Shown here: positions 59,355-64,000 of the stretch, one piece after another | Layout of the letters: each line of letters opens with the position of its first letter | Numbering within the stretch: the stretch's first letter is position 1 | Source of the DNA: Macrostomum lignano | Taxonomy: Eukaryota | Assembly: GCA_002269645.1 (NCBI GenBank) | Contig: NIVC01000695.1 | Coordinates: 409,522 to 473,521, forward strand | DNA: 64,000 nucleotides | Reading direction: 5' to 3' | Notes under the pieces: model-generated | The model's input: only the letters and a program-made list of their open reading frames with translations | What the model was told of the DNA's origin: nothing | The model's database searches: none | Program-made: the position numbers and the translations under genes

Positions 59355-61248
59355 TTAGAATGTGCACAGAGTCTTGACAGATCGGCAGCAACCACTCTGA
59401 CACTGTCCGCAGTAGGTCTTAGCGTTTCCAATGTCGTTATTGTCTCGCAGGTACTTGATATAGTCCTTCCATCCTGTGCACGTGTCGCCCCAGGAGTCGC
59501 CCCAGAAGCAGCTCTCGTCGGCTTCGGGAGCGGAGGTGTCGCTAGCGCACTGGCCGTCCCAGTTACAGCTCTTCTTGTTGCCGCAGGGTGTGCCAACGGG
59601 GGCCCGGAGACCGCCGCCAGTCACTCCGCTTGAAGAGCCGGCGGTCGGAGTGCAGAAAATCTTGGCGCAGATCAGTGCCGGATTAGAAGAGACGTCATCA
59701 GTGAGGAAGAACTTGCCCGGACTGGATGGATAGGCGAGGCGACACACCTGGTCCAGGGTCATGCGACCGCCTTCGCGAGTCGTTGTAGCCATTGAGGAGT
59801 CTGGAGAGCCTTGACGCGACTTCAAGCACTCGGCCTTGCCTAATAAGTTGTAAATTTTATAACTCTTTGTAATTTTTCAAAAATTTTGCAAAAAGCCTGT
59901 ATGTTAGATCAAGGACCACTATGAACACTAGGAACAAGTCTAGTAGTCCTTGTGTTAGATTTGTGCTGCGTACCTGTAGCCAGATAGTTTTTCATGAAGG
60001 TCACTGTGCAGGGAGAAAACCTATACGAGTTGGCGACGTCGCTAAGGGAGTATGACCCCGCAGAAGGCGACATTAGGAACTTGTAAGCCACTTTGCATGC
60101 CGGTTGGTCATTGTCGTGATCGGATCCCATGTTGTGGGCCAACTCGTGCGACGCTGTGCCCCAGCTCTGCAAGCCCTGGTCCTCATTGATGCTAACTCGC
60201 GTGTCCTGACAGGCGCCTCCAACGTAAGCCATGCCGCACACTGCGGTGTTGCCGCCACTCTGGATATCCGTGCGCGTAAACGCCATCACGTGATCGGCAG
60301 TCTTGCCAACGGCGTAAGACTTGATGTAGCCGAGGATTGCACTGGCGTCGGTTGCTGTTCAGTAGCGGATTGAGGAAGTGATAATTTAATAGATTTAGCT
60401 ATTTCAGAATTATTAGCAAAATTTATCGTACTTACCGTCAGAGGAACCAGCTGGAGGCATCCATTGCGAATCAGCCTGCGTCTTTGCCACGGTGAGGCCG
60501 GTGCACTTGACACTCATAGACGGGTTTCCGACGTTTCTGAACGCTGTATCGATTCCGTTCAAAATGTGCGTGTAATAGTAGTGAAGCTCTGTCATAGCTG
60601 CAGCATCAGTGCTGTAAATTGTCTTAAACGCGTTCCACACAGTGTGGTCCAGAAGCAAAAGGAGCTCCACCTCAAGATCTGTAGCAGCTTGATTGGACTG
60701 ACGCTTCTTGCGGCTCATTACTTGCATGACCTTCGACTTGTCAATCTGCGACTCAATACCGTCTGGCTGGGCAATGTTGCGTGTGACTTGATGCTCTGAA
60801 GCACCGCTTGGCTTGACGAAATAGGATGTACCTTCGTGCATCACGTGACCGCTGAAGCGTTTCTTTCCCTTCTCGTGTCGAACACTGATGACAGACTTGC
60901 TCTCGATGTCCCTGTAGTGAGCGTGACTCGCGTGGTGAGCTTGGCGAGCTGAAAAAGTCCTGGAGACTCCATTCTCTCTCACGGTCATTGGCACACTCTC
61001 AAAGGCGTCAGTCTTTTCCAATGGAATGCGGACCTTCTTGTTCGTGCTGGGCAGCTGTATTTCGATCTCCATAGACGAAGGATGCGGTCCATCGTTGCTG
61101 GATCGAGTCACAGACACTGAAGCCTGGGCCGCAGCAACAGCGAGCAGAAATATGACTGCAAAATTGATAAGATAATTACACTGAAAACTTGCTTCGATGT
61201 GTGTTGTGACACATGAATGATAAATTACTACTTACCAATGCGCAGCAT
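59355..61248 (-). CDS. Secreted ADAMTS-like reprolysin (M12B) zinc metalloprotease, 4 exons, ~532 aa
   Basis: Exons: 61236-61248, 60436-61155, 59974-60354, 59355-59839, all joined by phase-1 GT-AG introns. Signal MLRIVIFLLAVAAAQA, prodomain ending in furin site RKKR, HELAHNMGSDHD zinc motif, Met-turn FLMSP, and a Cys-rich C-terminal domain. No TSP1 repeats seen. Confidence 0.92.
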
Positions 61249-63118
61249 TTTCAGAGCGCGGGTCTAAAGGACAATTTGTAGGTTTCTGTTCCACTCAGAC
61301 ACAAGGTTTAAGTGGGCTTATCTTTATCGGCAAGGATCAACCACTGACCGTCTTCGTTTTTATGCTTTTGATCGCAGTTGTAGCGGATATTGGTTAAGCT
61401 CAATTAATTCCTGGCCACGACTTTGGCAACAACGATTGCCAGCTTGGACTTGACCAACTATAGTCATTGAAATGCCAGAACTTACCAGTCCGGATATTAA
61501 ATTCCGTAAATAATAAATTACCCTTCCACGACCCACGACGCTACTAGTGATTTTCGAAAAAAAAATGTTCGTGAGACCGCATCTTCTCTGTCTCATAAAT
61601 GCCATTAAAACTAAAAAAATCAAGCACCAGCAATTTCCGGGGATTGTTATTCCAACTGAAGTCGATCGTTTTTAAAAAATTCAATTCGTGTCGAACTTTC
61701 TTGAACACTTCGACACGTTCGAATTTAAGCTGTAGCATAAGATGCAGGGCAAAATTTCAAATCGATAGCATGCTTGATGGATTCGATCAGGCAACGAGTC
61801 AATAAACATTCTTGATTAGTAGAGTATAATTTTTTATGCACTCCCAAATTTCAAAATTTAAGAAATATTACTACTCTATAATGTTAGCATTTTAGCAAAT
61901 CAGTTGCTTCGCAGAAGTTTCAGAGGGTTAAATGACTGGATTTTTCATGCTTGATGATACAACAGACTGTTGAAAGGTTTGAAATAGCCGCACTGTATAA
62001 ACGCTTTGACATATCGTTGACAGCGAGCGTACGAGTCGTATATCAGTTTGAAGCTGTCCAGAGCACCCCGGGAAGAGTATGCATGACGCATGGGAATGCA
62101 ATTTTCTATATGTGAGCGTCCACACATCGCATTTCGTTTCCTGACTTGCACTAATTATTTTTTAACACTGCATCAAAGTATTTATACTTGTGGTTCGTCA
62201 AACCGACCATCGATCAGAATTCGTATTCACGAGCTTGTAGACTGCAATAAAAAAATTACAGACAAGAATTTCTGTAGCATTGGAGAATAATTGTTCGATA
62301 CTTTCGAATTTTCTTGGAAATAATCTATCGAGGTGAGACTTGAGTTTTTTTTAATTTTTTAATTTCAACAAAAACTTCTTGAGAGAAAAAAAAGTTAAGT
62401 ATAATAGAGACAAGTCTAGGCTAAAACTGGATCAATATGATAGATTGGGCAAGCATAACTCCACCCAAAGCTAGCTAGCTGGTAGCACTTGTTCAAGCAC
62501 GAGTTAAAACAAGTTAAACTCAATACATAGAAATTTCACTTCCGTACATTGTCCGCATTCCACTGCGAGAACAGATCTTGCGTTTATAAAAAACTAAAAA
62601 AACGCTACTGGCAAAAAAGTATTAAAGATAATCATTTTATTCATACTTAAGCCCATTCAATTTGAACTTTATAGCAATACAATCCGAACTAAAAGTTTTT
62701 GTACAATCAATTCTATCCAATCAATTTAATGCAGCGTTTGTTAATAAGTTTCGATAACAATACATGCATCCTCTCCAATAAATGTTTCGTTTAATCGTAG
62801 ATTAACTTCATTCAGATACAGCCCAGAATAAATAGCACTAACACAACTAACTAGTCCTACAAGCAACATGCGCTCAAGGACAACTATGTATGTTAGTTAA
62901 GTAGTCCTTGCATGCGCTGCGGCAGCTTTATAATTAATAAATTGCCACAATATTTTTTACCAAAACAGACACGCCTTGACTGATTAGTCTTTCTTTTTAT
63001 GCATTTATTCTCCTCTTTTGTATTTTTCTATCCGGTATGTTTCTATTAACGATGTAATAATCTCTATCTTACGCTTCAGTGCCCGCAGCACGCGTGGCAG
63101 CAAACCGAAAAAAAACCG

Positions 63119-63936
63119 ATGAAAATGCTGAAAATAGGTGAGTTAACCACAGAACTTACAGAAGCTCTGTGGAGTCAACTGCATATGCTTCAGGAAATTA
63201 CGTATGTTTACGAGTCGTACGTGCTCAATATTTTAGCTATATTTCTGGCCGTCTCTGCGGCAGCCCAGGCCTCGGTGTCCGTGACGCAATCCAGCGGTGA
63301 CGGACCTCACCCGTCCTCCATGGAGATCGAGCTCCAGCTGCCCGACACCGACAAGAAAGTCCGCATCCCGCTGACCAAGACTGCTCCGTTGGATGGCGCT
63401 GTGGTCACTGTGACGGACGGTGGAGTCTCCAGGACGTTCTCTGGCCGACAAGCCCAACACGGAGATCAAGCTCACTACAGAAATGTTGATAGCAAGTCTG
63501 TGATCAGCGTTCGACACGAGAACGGCACAAAGCGCATCAGCGGTCACGTGACGCACAAAGGCACCTCGTATGTCATCCAGCCGATCGGCGACTCTGGGCA
63601 CCGCGTCTCCAAAACCAAAAAAACTGCGGATGGGACGCAGCCCGAGCAGTTGCTGAGTCGCAAGAAACGCCGAGTGAACCGAGAGGCTACCGAATACGAA
63701 GTCGAGATTCACATCCTCATTGATCACACCGTTTGGAAGGCTTTCAAGACAATTTTCGGTACGGATGACAAAGCCCTGACTGAGCTGCACTTCTACTATT
63801 CTCACATTGTGATTGGCATGGACACGGTCTTCAGGAAGCATCGGCAGTCCGTCAATCAGTGTCAGGTGCATTGGGTTAACAGTAGCCAAGACTGAAGCCG
63901 ATGCAAAGTGGATGCCTCCGGATAGCTCGGCTGATG
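63119..63936 (+). pseudogene. Inverted paralog of the M12B protease (exons 1-2 in window), with +1 frameshift
   Basis: Exon 1 at 63119-63137 and exon 2 at 63237-63936, with the same intron positions as the 61248 gene. Shared motifs DGPHPSSMEIE and SRKKR. Frame shifts near 63835 and homology resumes in another frame (SIGSPSISVRCIGLTVAKTEADAKWMPP). May be a sequencing error; the gene continues beyond the window. Confidence 0.75.
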
Positions 63937-64000
63937 GTACGCGCTTAGTGTGCTTTTGTCTTACTTGACATACCGAATTAGCTGCAGGGGGTTCTGGGCG

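Overview
Eukaryotic (invertebrate-like) genomic DNA with spliceosomal GT-AG introns; the species cannot be determined from the sequence. Four zones. (1) 1-2.07 kb: degenerate Ty3/Gypsy pol fragment. (2) 2.1-20.8 kb: hierarchical tandem duplication holding five paralogs of an unrecognised small multi-exon gene. All its introns are phase 2, and its first exon is either a variable (YPEEFE)n VNTR or a unique 24-aa exon. The zone also carries several MITEs and a solo LTR. (3) 26.2-49.6 kb: a complete 9-exon inscuteable (INSC) ortholog on the minus strand, with about half of its span occupied by 13 micro/minisatellite arrays. (4) 50.5-64 kb: a secretory cluster of three signal-peptide plus acidic-propiece precursor genes and a head-to-head pair of ADAMTS-like M12B metalloproteases. 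One precursor has a 51-aa Arg/Trp-rich core of net charge +22 that the ORF track misses; another has a ~770-aa amphipathic Lys/Leu-rich body built of 12-aa repeats. The secretory cluster and the cryptic phase-2 gene family are the most novel-looking systems. All gene models are manual reconstructions from splice signals and reading frame; no database searches were run.
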